A stretch of DNA of 46,127 nt. It comes from Asterionella formosa. Its lineage: Eukaryota. The notes beneath the pieces are model-generated. The model was not told the DNA's origin. It saw only the letters and a list, made by a program, of their open reading frames with translations, and did no database searches. The translations under genes and the position numbers were made by a program. Location: the NCBI GenBank assembly GCA_002256025.1, contig NKIB01014205.1, positions 1 through 46,127 on the forward strand, read 5' to 3'. Numbering within the stretch: the first letter of the stretch is position 1; the number at the start of each line of letters is the position of its first letter. Below are positions 45,774 through 46,127 of the stretch, in pieces.

Positions 45774-46127
45774 ATGAACACCACAATGAAAAGAGTCAAT
45801 GAGCCACAGCAAGTTAGTGCCTACAGGAGTATCCTAGTGTCTATGATGTCCTACAAAGATGGCACAACATATGAAAATGGCTATGAGTTTAGTGATGAGC
45901 AGCTAGGTGAGATTATGCCCGAGGATGTATACAAATGGATGGCAAACAAGGTGTATGGCCGTCCTGACCCTGGACATGATGACAATCCAACACTTGGACG
46001 TTCGAGTTCCCTGGAATATTACAAGAAGGCCTTGTCATATTTCATTCCTTACAGACTTGCCTCCTGGAATCCCATGACAAATTCTGGCAACCCAACAAGG
46101 TCTCAACCCATCATAGACCTGATCAAA
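45774..46127 (+). mobile_element. Crypton-type (CryptonS-like) tyrosine-recombinase transposon ORF, N-terminal part, truncated by window edge
   Basis: 118 open codons absent from the ORF track: IMPEDVYKWMANKVYGRPDP..DDNPT.GRSSSLEYYKKALSYFIP...W......GNPTRS..IIDLIK, resembling the N-terminal region I recall for stramenopile Cryptons. Confidence 0.7.

Overview
Gene-dense eukaryotic nuclear DNA, almost certainly from a diatom. Evidence: ASAF-type bipartite plastid presequences, an LHC protein, short GT-AG introns and stramenopile-type transposon relics. Fifteen intact genes can be reconstructed, six of them by splicing: a DUF3119 plastid protein, an RlmL-like THUMP methyltransferase, a repeat+PAS protein, mitochondrial citrate synthase, PEX11, a large PPR protein, an NAD(P)-binding protein, RPL19, Bud32/PRPK, an LHC protein, an AFG1 ATPase, two tandem triple-domain CaMK-like kinases, an RbgA/YlqF GTPase and an RlmE/FtsJ methyltransferase. 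Between the genes lie CpG-poor relics of Harbinger, Mutator-like and non-LTR (RNase H) elements and an LRR pseudogene; a Crypton-like ORF starts at the right edge. The most notable observations are: (1) a probably mitochondrial protein with eight WSxxLSFxSPESDF repeats, arranged 2x4, fused to a Cys-less LOV-like PAS domain; (2) a contiguous ~210-nt folded RNA in RPL19 intron 2; (3) GGTACC/CCWGG palindromic arrays upstream of nearly every gene but largely absent from convergent 3' gaps; (4) duplicated three-domain kinases with differential catalytic decay; (5) a PPR protein with a PPPGF/RGG disordered N-terminus in place of an organelle presequence. All family calls come from motif recognition by eye; no database searches were run.
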